Shown here: piece after piece, positions 53,000-62,500 of the stretch
Layout: each line of letters opens with the position of its first letter
How positions within the stretch are numbered: the stretch's first letter is position 1
Assembly: GCA_022703585.1 (NCBI GenBank)
Contig: JAKLDJ010000002.1
Location: forward strand, 91,413 to 155,412
Reading direction: 5' to 3'
Source: Candidatus Omnitrophota bacterium
GTDB taxonomy: Bacteria; Omnitrophota; Gorgyraeia; Zapsychrales; JAKLDJ01
Length of the DNA stretch: 64,000 bases
Made by a program: the position numbers and the translations under genes
Notes under the pieces: generated by a model
Seen by the model: the letters and a program-made list of their open reading frames with translations, nothing else
Database searches by the model: none
Told to the model about the DNA's origin: nothing

Positions 53000-53953
53000 T
53001 TACACCAGCCCGACTTTTAACAAATCCTGGACATCCAACAACCCCACCGGCTTCCCTTTTTTGTCCACGACCGGAATCTCGTCAATGCGCTTTTCCTTTA
53101 AAATCCGCGAGGCCTCAACCGCAAGCTTTTCTTTAAGAATAGTCGTAGGGCCTTTCGTCATTACTTCTCTGACTTTACGCAGCGAAAGATTAGAATCAGC
53201 TTCCAAATGACGACGTAGGTCGCCGTCAGTAAAAATACCGGAAAGCTTGCCATTGGCGTCAACCACACAGGCCGAACCGCAACGCGCACGGGTAATCGCC
53301 AAAAGCACATCTTTAACCACCACGTCCCCTTTGACCTTGGGAAAATTGACCCGCATAATATCTTCGACCTTTAAAAGGAGTTGGCGTCCCAACGCTCCAC
53401 CGGGATGATAAAAAGCAAAATCTTCTTTTCTAAATCCTTTGCGTTCAATCAAACACGCCGCCAAGCAATCGCCCATAACCAGATTGGCCGTGGTTGACGC
53501 CATCGGCGCAAGACCTAACGGACAACCTTCTCTTTTAACGGTAACATTTAAAACGACATCGCTATACTTCGCCAGATTTGATTTGGGGTTTCCGGTCATG
53601 GCAATTATTTTTGCGCCGATTTTCTTAACGATAGGCAGCAGCTTCGTCGTCTCTTCGGTCTCGCCGCTGCTGGACAAGACGATGACAACATCATTACGCG
53701 TCACCTGGCCTAAATCCCCATGAATAGCCTCGGCGGAATGCATCCACAAACTCGGCGTCCCGGTCGAAGACAAAGTCGCGGCGATCTTGCGCCCGATAAT
53801 ACCGGTTTTTCCCATGCCGGTAACAATCACCCTTCCCCGGCATTTATAAAGAAGTTCAACCGCCGATAAGAAATTCTTATCCAAATGCCGGGCTAAATCT
53901 TTAATAGCCTGGGCTTCAATAGCAATAACTTCTTTGGCGCGTTTAAGGGTCAT
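53000..53953 (-). CDS. kdsD: Arabinose-5-phosphate isomerase (SIS + tandem CBS)
   Basis: 317 aa. SIS domain GMGKTG, C-terminal CBS pair. Confidence 0.85.
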   Translation of the reverse strand: MTLKRAKEVIAIEAQAIKDLARHLDKNFLSAVELLYKCRGRVIVTGMGKTGIIGRKIAATLSSTGTPSLWMHSAEAIHGDLGQVTRNDVVIVLSSSGETEETTKLLPIVKKIGAKIIAMTGNPKSNLAKYSDVVLNVTVKREGCPLGLAPMASTTANLVMGDCLAACLIERKGFRKEDFAFYHPGGALGRQLLLKVEDIMRVNFPKVKGDVVVKDVLLAITRARCGSACVVDANGKLSGIFTDGDLRRHLEADSNLSLRKVREVMTKGPTTILKEKLAVEASRILKEKRIDEIPVVDKKGKPVGLLDVQDLLKVGLV

Positions 53954-54771
53954 TTCTTAACAACTCCGTCAATGGCTTTTAATTCTTTAAGCAGCGCTCC
54001 CATCTTGCCTAAGGGTAACATGTTCGGCCCGTCGGAAAGTGCCTTCTTGGGATTAGGGTGTGTCTCCATAAAAAGTGCACTACAACCTGCCGCAATCGCA
54101 CAGCGCGATAATAGCGGAATAAATTGACTATCGCCTCCTGAGGCTTTACCTAAGCCTGCCGGACGCTGGACGCTATGCGAGGCATCATAAACAACCGGAT
54201 AGCCGGTTTCTTTCATGACTGCCAACGAACGAAAATCACTGACCAGGGTATTATAACCAAAACTAACGCCCCGCTCGGTTAAAAGGATTTTTTTGTTGCC
54301 GCGGCTTTCAATCTTCTTAATGATTTCCCTGACATCCCACGGTGCCAAAAACTGCCCCTTTTTAACGTTAACAACTTTGCCCGTATCCGCGGCAGCGACA
54401 ATCAAATCCGTCTGGCGGCAGAGAAAAGCCGGAATCTGGATTATATCTAAAACACCCGCCGCCAATTCAACGTCAGAAATCGAGTGAACATCGCTGAGCA
54501 CCGGGATATGGAAACGTTCTTTAACCTCCATTAAAACCTCAAGCCCTTGCTCTATCCCAAGCCCGCGAAAAGACGCAATCGATGTCCGGTTGGCCTTGTC
54601 GTAACTGGCCTTGAAAATAAACGGAACACCGGCGCGCGCGGTAATCTTTTTTAACTCGCCCGCGATTTTCAGCGTCAGCTCTCTTGTCTCGATCACGCAA
54701 GGACCGGCGATCAAAACAAAAGGCAAATCGTTACCGATGCGGACTTTTCCTATTTTTAAAATTCTTTCCAT
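53950..54771 (-). CDS. kdsA: 3-deoxy-8-phosphooctulonate (Kdo-8-P) synthase
   Basis: 273 aa. DAHP-synthase-like TIM barrel with KASYDKANR and GPNMLPL motifs. Confidence 0.9.
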   Translation of the reverse strand: MERILKIGKVRIGNDLPFVLIAGPCVIETRELTLKIAGELKKITARAGVPFIFKASYDKANRTSIASFRGLGIEQGLEVLMEVKERFHIPVLSDVHSISDVELAAGVLDIIQIPAFLCRQTDLIVAAADTGKVVNVKKGQFLAPWDVREIIKKIESRGNKKILLTERGVSFGYNTLVSDFRSLAVMKETGYPVVYDASHSVQRPAGLGKASGGDSQFIPLLSRCAIAAGCSALFMETHPNPKKALSDGPNMLPLGKMGALLKELKAIDGVVKK

Positions 54772-54773
54772 TA

Positions 54774-55511
54774 CTAGCTTTTCCTTCTTAAGAAAGCCTC
54801 TACTTTTTTTAGATCGGCGGCCGTATCCACGGCAATCGTATCAAATCGTGTTTCGACGGTTTTAATTTTATATCCTGCCTCCAGCACCCGCAGCTGCTCC
54901 AATCGCTCCGCTTGCTCGAGCCGCGATTGTGGCAGATTTTTAAACTTCATTAAAAAATCTTTCCGGTACGCGTAAAGCCCAAGGTGTTTGTAATAACCTA
55001 TTTTTTCTATTCCCACACAATCGCGGTTATAGGGAATAACCGACCGCGAGAAATATATGGCAAAATGATTTTTATCAATAATGGCTTTAACGATATTCGG
55101 ATTTTCCAGATCCTTTTGCCGGTCCAACGGTTTTATGACCGTCGCCATCGGGCAGGACTTATCCTTTAAAAGGGCACCCACCATGCTGTCAATCATCGAC
55201 GGATGGACCAAGGGCTCGTCGCCCTGAATATTGACGACGATGTCGGCTTTTAAATTCTTAACCGCTTCCATGATCCTGTCTGATCCCGAGGCGTGATTCT
55301 TCGAGGTCATCACCGCCCTGGCGCCGAAACTCTTTGCCGCCTCAATAATCCTTTGGTCATCACAGGCAATAACCAAATCGTCTAAAAGCCTGGCCTTTCG
55401 AGCCCGCTGCCAGACATGCCAAATCATCGGACGGCCTAGAATATCGGCCAAAACTTTGGCCTTAAGCCGGGTGGAACCGTAACGCGCAGGAATAACTCCG
55501 ATAGCAGTCAT
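54774..55511 (-). CDS. kdsB: 3-deoxy-manno-octulosonate cytidylyltransferase (CMP-Kdo synthetase)
   Basis: 245 aa. IPARYGSTRLKAK N-terminus. Confidence 0.9.
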   Translation of the reverse strand: MTAIGVIPARYGSTRLKAKVLADILGRPMIWHVWQRARKARLLDDLVIACDDQRIIEAAKSFGARAVMTSKNHASGSDRIMEAVKNLKADIVVNIQGDEPLVHPSMIDSMVGALLKDKSCPMATVIKPLDRQKDLENPNIVKAIIDKNHFAIYFSRSVIPYNRDCVGIEKIGYYKHLGLYAYRKDFLMKFKNLPQSRLEQAERLEQLRVLEAGYKIKTVETRFDTIAVDTAADLKKVEAFLRRKS

Positions 55512-55519
55512 TTTAATTC

Positions 55520-56563
55520 TTAAGATGTCCTTACTGCAGCCAAGAGTTCTTTTCGGGTAACGGGAACCGCCCCCATCTTGCCGACAACAATACCCGCCGC
55601 ATAATTTGAAAGGTCGGCCGCTTCGTGCTTGGACGCCCCCGCCGCTAAACTTAAAGTAAAAACCGAAATAACCGTGTCCCCGGCACCGGTCACATCAAAA
55701 ACCTCCCGGGCCCTGGTATCGATATGAACAGGTTTTCTGCCTTTTTCAAACAGGCGCATGCCTTGATTGCCCAGGGTAATCAAAAGCGATTCCAGGTTTA
55801 GAAATTTGACCAGTTGTTGTCCGGCCAGATCGACATCCGCGTCAGTTTTTAAGACATCCACGTTAATCGCCAGTTTCCTTCCGGCATTCTGACGAATTTT
55901 GATATCCCGAATAGCATTCTCCGTCTCTTTTTTGTTAGGCGTAATAGCCGTCACGCCACGGTAATAGCTAAAATGTTCCACCTTGGGATCAACTGCGATA
56001 ATCTTTTTCTTCGCAATCGCCAAAGAACAGACCTCCGAAACTAAAGCGGCATTGATCATGCCCTTGCCGTAATCGGAGACAATAACCCCGTCGGCTGAGG
56101 GAATCGATTTTAAAATAAGATTTCTTATCCGTCGATAAATAGGATCATCGGGTAAAACAACATTTTCTTCCCGGTCAACCCGTAAGACCTGCTGGTGCTC
56201 GGCAATAATACGCGTTTTTAGGATCGTGGGAATCTTTTTATCCGCAAAAATGCCGGCAGTGTTAATCTTTTTTTTCTTTAATTCCTTTAAGAGGATCTTG
56301 CCATCGGCATCCGTACCGATTTTACCGATCAGGGTCACTTTTGCCCCCAGGCTACGGAGGTTGCTGGCGACATTCGCTGCCCCGCCGGGCGTATAAACAG
56401 GAAACCCCTGCTGCAAGACAATCGGCACAGGGGCTTCGGGAGAAATCCGGGAAACAGTTCCCTTAATATATTGGTCTAAAATCACATCACCGATGACCAA
56501 AATACGTTTTTCTTTAAATCGGGCGATAATATGCTGGTATTGGCTCATGAATGGGTACCTCAA
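55520..56563 (-). CDS. D-glycero-beta-D-manno-heptose-7-phosphate kinase (HldE domain I / RfaE-I, pfkB family)
   Basis: 347 aa. ILVIGDVILDQY N-terminus and GAGDT motif near the C-terminus. No fused adenylyltransferase domain. Confidence 0.8.
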   Translation of the reverse strand: MRYPFMSQYQHIIARFKEKRILVIGDVILDQYIKGTVSRISPEAPVPIVLQQGFPVYTPGGAANVASNLRSLGAKVTLIGKIGTDADGKILLKELKKKKINTAGIFADKKIPTILKTRIIAEHQQVLRVDREENVVLPDDPIYRRIRNLILKSIPSADGVIVSDYGKGMINAALVSEVCSLAIAKKKIIAVDPKVEHFSYYRGVTAITPNKKETENAIRDIKIRQNAGRKLAINVDVLKTDADVDLAGQQLVKFLNLESLLITLGNQGMRLFEKGRKPVHIDTRAREVFDVTGAGDTVISVFTLSLAAGASKHEAADLSNYAAGIVVGKMGAVPVTRKELLAAVRTS

Positions 56564-56636
56564 TTAAAGAAAGTATATAAATATTAATTATATAAAAAAC
56601 GGTTTTAAGATTTTTTGAGGATGAAAACGAATGCTG

Positions 56637-56665
56637 ATTGTAGCATAGTTTATATGCCCAGTCAA
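56637..56665 (-). promoter_or_regulatory. Near-consensus sigma70 promoter TTGACT-N17-TACAAT upstream of the heptose kinase-kds-lpt gene string
   Basis: The minus strand reads TTGACTgggcatataaactatgcTACAAT, inside the 120-nt AT-rich gap. A ~75-nt AT-rich 5' UTR and RBS GAGGT follow. Confidence 0.5.
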
Positions 56666-56683
56666 CCATTCTGGCTTAAGAAA

Positions 56684-57724
56684 TTAAAGGCTTAGAAGGG
56701 ATTTTGCGGCAGCGACAACCTCGGAAACACTGACGGCTTGAAGGCATTTAAAGTCCAACCTGCAATCATGGGCAAGGCAAATTTCACAGCCAACCTCTTT
56801 GTGCAGGGCGATGTCCTTCTTGCCCAGAGGTCTCCAGCGCGTAGGGCTTAAACCCTTTTGATTGCGGCCAAAAATCGAGATAACCGGCGTCCCCACCGCC
56901 ACCGCCAGATGAACCGGGCCGGAGTCGTTGGAGATCAAAAGCCGGCAGCGCTTAAATAAGCTGGCCAGTTGAGCCACCGAAGTCTGCCCGGTAAGGTCGA
57001 TAATGGGGATTTTGATGCCTGAAAGGACCTGCTGGGCGATTTGTTGATTGTCGGGCGCCCCCACGAGAATAACCTTAAAAGGGGGCGCCCCAAGGCTGTT
57101 AATCACCTCCGCAAATCTCTGCGCCGGCCAACGCTTGGAAATACAGCTGGCCCCGGGATGAACCGCAATCACTTTCTCCGACGAGGATATAAAATTATCG
57201 GAGAAAATATTTTCAACCCAGGCATTCGCCTCTTCTTTAAGCGGCATGTCAAGCTTGAGGGTATCCAATTGAACATTAATACCGATATGCCTTAAGACAT
57301 CCAGGCAATATTCCGCCTCGTGCTTGAGTCCTTCCGGCCGCTGATCCGGGATACCTTTCGTCAGCAAAAACCCGAATTTATTATTTTTGTATCCGATGCG
57401 GCTAGGGATTCCGGACAAGAAACATAAGAGATTCGTCCGTTTTTTCGTATGAAGAACAACAGCCAAATCAAATTTCTTCTTTCTTAACATGCAGACCAGT
57501 TTTAAAAAACCCCAAAAGCCGCGATGAATTCCTTTACGGTCATCAATAAAAATCTCGTCAAGGCAAGGATTGCCATCGACAATATCCAATGTCTGAGGCG
57601 TAACTAAGATGGATATCTTCGCCCCTAAATTCGCCTCGCGCAACGCCAGAATCGCCGGCGTTGTGAGAATAACATCGCCGATTCTGTCCGTGCGGACAAT
57701 AAGAATATTTTCGTAAGTTTTCAT
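56684..57724 (-). CDS. Glycosyltransferase family 9 (LPS heptosyltransferase)
   Basis: 346 aa. ILIVRTDRIGDVILTTPAI N-terminus typical of WaaC/WaaF-type GT9. Confidence 0.8.
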   Translation of the reverse strand: MKTYENILIVRTDRIGDVILTTPAILALREANLGAKISILVTPQTLDIVDGNPCLDEIFIDDRKGIHRGFWGFLKLVCMLRKKKFDLAVVLHTKKRTNLLCFLSGIPSRIGYKNNKFGFLLTKGIPDQRPEGLKHEAEYCLDVLRHIGINVQLDTLKLDMPLKEEANAWVENIFSDNFISSSEKVIAVHPGASCISKRWPAQRFAEVINSLGAPPFKVILVGAPDNQQIAQQVLSGIKIPIIDLTGQTSVAQLASLFKRCRLLISNDSGPVHLAVAVGTPVISIFGRNQKGLSPTRWRPLGKKDIALHKEVGCEICLAHDCRLDFKCLQAVSVSEVVAAAKSLLSL

Positions 57725-57791
57725 AATTTGGTTACGGAACCGCCAAGCGACAAAAGATGCGCCCTAAAAACCTCACACCGAACTCAATGAA

Positions 57792-58214
57792 TCAGGGTTT
57801 CGGTTGAGCGGCCGCTTCCTTGGCGGTCGTTGTAGTCGTCGTTTTAGTAGTCGTTACAGCAGTTTGTTTTTGGACAGACCTGACGGTACTCTCGGTTTTT
57901 GTCACGTTGCCGGGAGGGTTGGGTAGCGTATTTTCTTTCTTGGCTGCCGCCGGCACACCCTTTTCGTCAATCTTGGGCTCTTTCTTTTGGGCATAGTCAC
58001 CGCTGGGGATGATTCTTGAGGTTGTCGATGATTTCTCGGCCGCCGCCTTCGTTGTCTCATCCATGAGCACATCCGCCGCTTTTTCATTATGGTCACCACT
58101 GGGGATGATTTTTGACGCTGAAACTTCCTTTTGGGCTTCTTCGGCTCCGTAACCTGAGGAAACAATCACAAAGAAAGACGCGACCGATAGAATGACTGTA
58201 AATTTCTTATCCAT
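57792..58214 (-). CDS. Small secreted protein with internal IIPSGD repeats and Thr-rich C-terminal tail
   Basis: 140 aa. Signal peptide. Two ~45-aa repeats (IIPSGDHNEKAAD... and IIPSGDYAQKKEP...), the DNA repeat CCACTGGGGATGATT(C/T)TTGA, and a terminal TTTKTTTTTTAKE stretch. Confidence 0.4.
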   Translation of the reverse strand: MDKKFTVILSVASFFVIVSSGYGAEEAQKEVSASKIIPSGDHNEKAADVLMDETTKAAAEKSSTTSRIIPSGDYAQKKEPKIDEKGVPAAAKKENTLPNPPGNVTKTESTVRSVQKQTAVTTTKTTTTTTAKEAAAQPKP

Positions 58215-58278
58215 CTCTCACCTTCCTCTTCCTGCCTAAGAAAATAAAACTCCGGGATTCTAAACAACCCCTATTTCT

Positions 58279-58656
58279 TTAGTCTCGCAACAACTCGGAT
58301 ATTTCTTCCAGCAAGGCTTCTCCGCTAAAAGGTTTAGTCAGATACCCATCCGCCCCGCATTTAAATCCCATCGCCTTATCGACATCCCCGGCGCGGGCGG
58401 TAAGCATTAAAACCGGGATATGCATAAACTTTTCGTCCGCTTTTACCTTAGCGCAGAATTCATATCCCCCTATTCCCGGAAGCATCAGGTCTAGAATGAT
58501 CAAGTCAGGATTCTCAGTGGCAAGTTTTTTAAGCCCCTCCTCGCCGTCAGAGGCAGCAACCACTTTATACCCCTCGGATTCCAACCGTCCCTGAAGCACA
58601 GAAATCAAATCCGGCTCATCATCAATAACCAGAATTTTTTTTGCCTTAGCCATCAT
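58279..58656 (-). CDS. Single-domain response regulator (CheY-like receiver)
   Basis: 125 aa. DD pocket (VIDDEPD), phospho-acceptor Asp (LIILDLMLP), conserved T and K (LTAR, YLTKPF). No output domain and no kinase nearby. Confidence 0.8.
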   Translation of the reverse strand: MMAKAKKILVIDDEPDLISVLQGRLESEGYKVVAASDGEEGLKKLATENPDLIILDLMLPGIGGYEFCAKVKADEKFMHIPVLMLTARAGDVDKAMGFKCGADGYLTKPFSGEALLEEISELLRD

Positions 58657-58775
58657 CTCTCTCCCTTGATTTCAAAAAAATTCTTAAAAAACCGATAACG
58701 CAAAATGAGTATATCACTTCAAAAGTACGGCTTCAAGCCGGAATTCAGGGCTTGCCCCTAAACGTAAACCCGAGC

Positions 58776-59246
58776 CTACCGGTACCGTTTCCCTTTATGT
58801 TCAATCCATCCGCCCGGCTTTTGCCCTTGGGGATCGTGATGCGTCCAATGGATAATACCGCCCTTGTCATTCCATTCGTACATCCCGTAAAAATAAACAC
58901 GGTCCCCGATCGTAAGATTTCCGATACGCGGTGCAACATCAACATTATGCACCATAAGGAGCGTCTGCCCCGAATCAAGCCTGATGATAAAACGCTGATG
59001 CCGCGCACCGTCGGTGTCATCCTTTAATAGCTTCTCCACGACACCAGAGGAGCGGACAAAAAAGCCACCTTGTTGATTTTGATAAGCCTGACGGATTCTT
59101 TCGTCATCAGAAACAGAGCCGCTTCGAAAAATATCCGCCCGGGAACCTTGAGAATCTTTGGACTTTGACGGATTACAGCCAGTAATATTAAGAAGAACGA
59201 TCAAGAATAGAACAAGCGATAATTTTATGCGAGACATACGATCCAT
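58776..59246 (-). CDS. DUF3465-family lipoprotein
   Basis: 156 aa. Lipobox ITGC. Conserved core (QRFIIRLDSGQTLLMVHNVD..., GDRVYFYGMYEWNDKGGIIHWTHHDP). Confidence 0.55.
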   Translation of the reverse strand: MDRMSRIKLSLVLFLIVLLNITGCNPSKSKDSQGSRADIFRSGSVSDDERIRQAYQNQQGGFFVRSSGVVEKLLKDDTDGARHQRFIIRLDSGQTLLMVHNVDVAPRIGNLTIGDRVYFYGMYEWNDKGGIIHWTHHDPQGQKPGGWIEHKGKRYR

Positions 59247-59271
59247 CCGACTTTCAAGAAATTCTTAAAAG

Positions 59272-59754
59272 TTAACTTATAATCTTCTTGACTAGTTCCG
59301 CCACGCGCCTGCCCAACTTAACGCCGTTTTGGCAGGTATTGCCATCCGGGGCACCACAACAGGAAACGCCGTAATGTCCGGTTGCGTCCAAAGGGTCACC
59401 GACAATAATCATTCCATAAATCAACATCGCCTGGATAATCGAAATAAGGGTTGTCTCTTTCCCTCCGGAAAGGTCGCCCGAGGTAGCAAAGGCCGCCCCG
59501 ACTTTACTGCCCATGCCATCCCTTACCTCAACCAGCTTGTCAAAAACTTGCTTTAACTCTGCCGCCATCGAGCCAAAATAAACCGGCGAACCGGCGATGA
59601 TACCGTCGGAGTTGATAAAATCATCTTTGGTAACTTCGGCAGCCGGTTTCACCAGACATTTAACACCCTTGACCTGCCCCACCCCTTTGGCAATCTCCCG
59701 GGCAAGTTTCTCGGTGTTACCCGAACGGGTATAGTACATGATCAGCACTTGCAT
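59272..59754 (-). CDS. Flavodoxin-like fold protein (WrbA/NADPH-dependent FMN reductase-like)
   Basis: 160 aa. MQVLIMYYTRSGNTEKLA FMN-binding N-terminus and GSPVYFGSM loop. RBS AGGAGA. Confidence 0.7.
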   Translation of the reverse strand: MQVLIMYYTRSGNTEKLAREIAKGVGQVKGVKCLVKPAAEVTKDDFINSDGIIAGSPVYFGSMAAELKQVFDKLVEVRDGMGSKVGAAFATSGDLSGGKETTLISIIQAMLIYGMIIVGDPLDATGHYGVSCCGAPDGNTCQNGVKLGRRVAELVKKIIS

Positions 59755-59812
59755 CGTTTATTCTCCTATATCCAGATAATAAATACTTAACTATGTTATC
59801 CCCGAAAAGAAA

Positions 59813-59971
59813 TCAAAGACTTCGTTTCTTTTTTCGCCGGATAGCTTTGACCATCCGGTCGTAGGCCTCCTGGCGTGTCGCCCCTTCGGTTAAGTGATCC
59901 GCACAAAGCGCGGCATATCCTCGCCGGTTTTTGATTTTGAAAATCTTAACGCTTAAGCTCCCGATTTTCAT
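59813..59971 (-). CDS. Unlisted 52-aa ORF, HicB/UPF0150-like (DUF1902-type antitoxin-fold) small protein
   Basis: Translation is MKIGSLSVKIFKIKNRRGYAALCADHLTEGATRQEAYDRMVKAIRRKKKRSL. The strong RBS AAAAAGGAGGG lies 6 nt upstream of the ATG. The G-Y-x-A-x-C-x-[DE]-[LH]..(T/S)-x-G-x-T..EA..(N/R)..(E/K)AI pattern matches the HicB/UPF0150 family. At under 60 aa it is absent from the ORF track. Confidence 0.45.
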   Translation of the reverse strand: MKIGSLSVKIFKIKNRRGYAALCADHLTEGATRQEAYDRMVKAIRRKKKRSL

Positions 59972-60048
59972 GCGGCCCTCCTTTTTTTATCAGCATCCGT
60001 ACCTTTTCCTGAAACAACAAAACCCGAGATCTTCATACGTTACCAATG

Positions 60049-61524
60049 CTATCTTTCAATCCCGTCAAAATCGACATAGCCCTGCCAGGGATCCAACCGG
60101 ACCAGGCGCACGCGCACCTTATCGCCGATATTCATCCCCCGGAAGTTCCTGACTACCCGGCCCTCGACCGGAGGCGTAAAGATCCTGACATAAGTTCCTT
60201 TTTCGGAAGCGCCGGTAATAATACCTTCAAAAATCTGATTGACTTTATCCATTAATAGGATCGCCCCCGCCACTTTAACCATAAAACGCTCGACCTTCTT
60301 TGATGCCCGGTCCCGGTCCGAACACCAGTCCGCAATCTCTTTTAACTCTATTTTTGTATACGGCGTATTTTTACCGGCCAAGGCTGCCTTGATAAGCCTT
60401 TGAAGAATAACATCGACATAACGGCGGTTGGGAGCGGTAGAATGCGTATAGTCACGGACAGCCAGCCCAAAATGCCCCGGTGTTTTCCTTCCCGGCTCTA
60501 CGAGATCGTAGATCGCGTAGCCCAATAATTTTACGATCGCCAACGAGAGGTCGGGAAAATGATCCGGATCGCGGTCACGCTGGCGGACTAAAAAGTCGGA
60601 CAATGCCTTGGCATCAGCCCTTAACGGCAAATCATCATAGTGCTCCTGGGCCACTTCGATAATCCTCGACCAGCGCTCGGGAGTCGGAAGAATTCTTTGA
60701 ACATAGGGAATCCTGTTTTTTTCAAAGAATCCGGTCATAGTCCGGTTGGCCGCAATCATGAAATTCTCGATAATCGTACGGGCTAAATTTCTTTTCTTTA
60801 CCGTAATGTCCTCGATCTCTCCTTTTTTCATAACCACACCCGGCTCCCGGGTATCAAGTTCGAGCGCCCCGTTATTCATGCGAAAATCATGCAATCGCTG
60901 CGCCGCTTCGGACTGCAGAAGAATTTGTTCTTTAAGATTCTTTATCTGTCCGATTTTCTCCGGCATAGAGCCCCTATTTTCCAGCCAATCTCCGACAGAT
61001 TCGTAGACTAGTTTTGCCTTATTGTGGACAACAGCCCTCCGGATTTGGCCATGGCGAAGCTCGCCATCTCTCCCGACAAAAAAATCAATCACAATCGCCA
61101 GCCGATCGCAACCTTCAAGCAATGACGATAAGTTCGTGCACAGCTTTTCCGGGATCATAGTAAAAGTCTCGACCTCGGCATAAACGGTAGCCCCGTTTTG
61201 ATAAGCCCGTTTATCCATCGCCGTACCCTTAACGACATAAGCGTCGACATCCGCAATAGCAACAAAGACCTGTATTTCTCCCCGGGGGCTTCGCTGGCAA
61301 AATTCCAACTGATCCAAATCCTCCGAATCAAAATTATCAATCGATGACCACAGCAAAGAGCGCAAATCTTCAATACTTTTATCGGAAATCCCGTCTTTTA
61401 GTTGATCTTTCAGGGCTTTCGCTTCCTTAACAACATTTTTAGGAAATTCGGGATTAAAGCCGTAATTAAGAAGTGCCCGGTGGGCTATCGCATGCAGATT
61501 AATCCGACGGGAGGAACTAGCCAT
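60049..61524 (-). CDS. RNase II/RNase R-family 3'-5' exoribonuclease (RNB domain, short form without obvious CSD/S1 modules)
   Basis: 491 aa. RNB catalytic motif region (HFGLAVRDYTHSTAPNRRYVD) and Asp cluster (VFVAIADVDAYV). Confidence 0.8.
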   Translation of the reverse strand: MASSSRRINLHAIAHRALLNYGFNPEFPKNVVKEAKALKDQLKDGISDKSIEDLRSLLWSSIDNFDSEDLDQLEFCQRSPRGEIQVFVAIADVDAYVVKGTAMDKRAYQNGATVYAEVETFTMIPEKLCTNLSSLLEGCDRLAIVIDFFVGRDGELRHGQIRRAVVHNKAKLVYESVGDWLENRGSMPEKIGQIKNLKEQILLQSEAAQRLHDFRMNNGALELDTREPGVVMKKGEIEDITVKKRNLARTIIENFMIAANRTMTGFFEKNRIPYVQRILPTPERWSRIIEVAQEHYDDLPLRADAKALSDFLVRQRDRDPDHFPDLSLAIVKLLGYAIYDLVEPGRKTPGHFGLAVRDYTHSTAPNRRYVDVILQRLIKAALAGKNTPYTKIELKEIADWCSDRDRASKKVERFMVKVAGAILLMDKVNQIFEGIITGASEKGTYVRIFTPPVEGRVVRNFRGMNIGDKVRVRLVRLDPWQGYVDFDGIER

Positions 61525-62500
61525 TGATCATCACCTTTGCCCCTTCATATACTTCACTGGGTTGAATATCGCTCATGCACTCATGCCCATATTGACAACC
61601 GGATTTCTCGCAAGGCACACAATAAATATCCCTTTGGATAACTTTAGCCTTTGTGCCCCAAGGCCCGTACTTGGCCGGATCGGTGGGCCCAAAAATCGCC
61701 AGCGTCGGTACATCCAAATAACTCGCCATATGCATAATCGCGCTATCATTCACAAGCGTTAGGCAAGCCCGGCTTAAAAGCGCCGCCAGCTGGGTTAGAG
61801 AAGTACTGCCGCAGGCATTGACGGCCCTGGTTTTCATTTTACCAAGAATTTCTTTGGCAATTTCTTTGTCGGCCTGGTCACCCACAAAAACAATTTTGAT
61901 CTTCAGCTCCTGGTTTATACGGTCACACACCTGGGCAAAACTTTCTTTGGGCCAACGCTTAGCCGTATTGGCAGCCCCGGGGCCGACAGCAATAAATCTT
62001 TCCTGGGCTACACCATCGGACCGGAGTAGGATATCTATATATTTTTTGTCCGCGTCGGAAATAAAAAGCGCGTAACGTTCTTTTGATTCACGGGCAAATT
62101 GAAAAACCGTTTTTAAACGGTTTAAATGTTTTTGCTTCATGTGCATATGTTTGGCGCGAACAGTCCAGAGAGGAGTAAAACATTTTGCTCCGGCAAGAAT
62201 GGGAATTGCGGTATTGCGCAGGTCAACCGCCAGATCAAATTGTTCTTTTCTTAAATGTAACACCCATCTTAACTGATTGATACCGGAGTCGTGTTTATTA
62301 AAAATATGGACTTTAGCAATATGCGGATTGTCCTTAAAAAACGATTTAGCCTTGGGCCCCACGACCACATGCAGATTTGCGACGGGAAAATTTTCTTTAA
62401 GAATATCAACAACCGGAAATGTCAAAATGACATCGCCTAAGTTGCTGAGCGAAACAACAAGAATGTTTTTAATTTTTGAAGCGTCTAATTTCATCGACAA
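61517..62500 (-). CDS. Glycosyltransferase family 9 (LPS heptosyltransferase)
   Basis: 327 aa. NILVVSLSNLGDVILTFPVV N-terminus. Confidence 0.8.
   Translation of the reverse strand: MSMKLDASKIKNILVVSLSNLGDVILTFPVVDILKENFPVANLHVVVGPKAKSFFKDNPHIAKVHIFNKHDSGINQLRWVLHLRKEQFDLAVDLRNTAIPILAGAKCFTPLWTVRAKHMHMKQKHLNRLKTVFQFARESKERYALFISDADKKYIDILLRSDGVAQERFIAVGPGAANTAKRWPKESFAQVCDRINQELKIKIVFVGDQADKEIAKEILGKMKTRAVNACGSTSLTQLAALLSRACLTLVNDSAIMHMASYLDVPTLAIFGPTDPAKYGPWGTKAKVIQRDIYCVPCEKSGCQYGHECMSDIQPSEVYEGAKVMING

Noticed and set aside
57960-58110. Direct DNA repeats CCACTGGGGATGATT(C/T)TTGA, considered as a possible CRISPR or mini-satellite
   Set aside because: Only two copies, inside a coding sequence, producing an in-frame protein repeat. 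There are no spacers and no cas genes.
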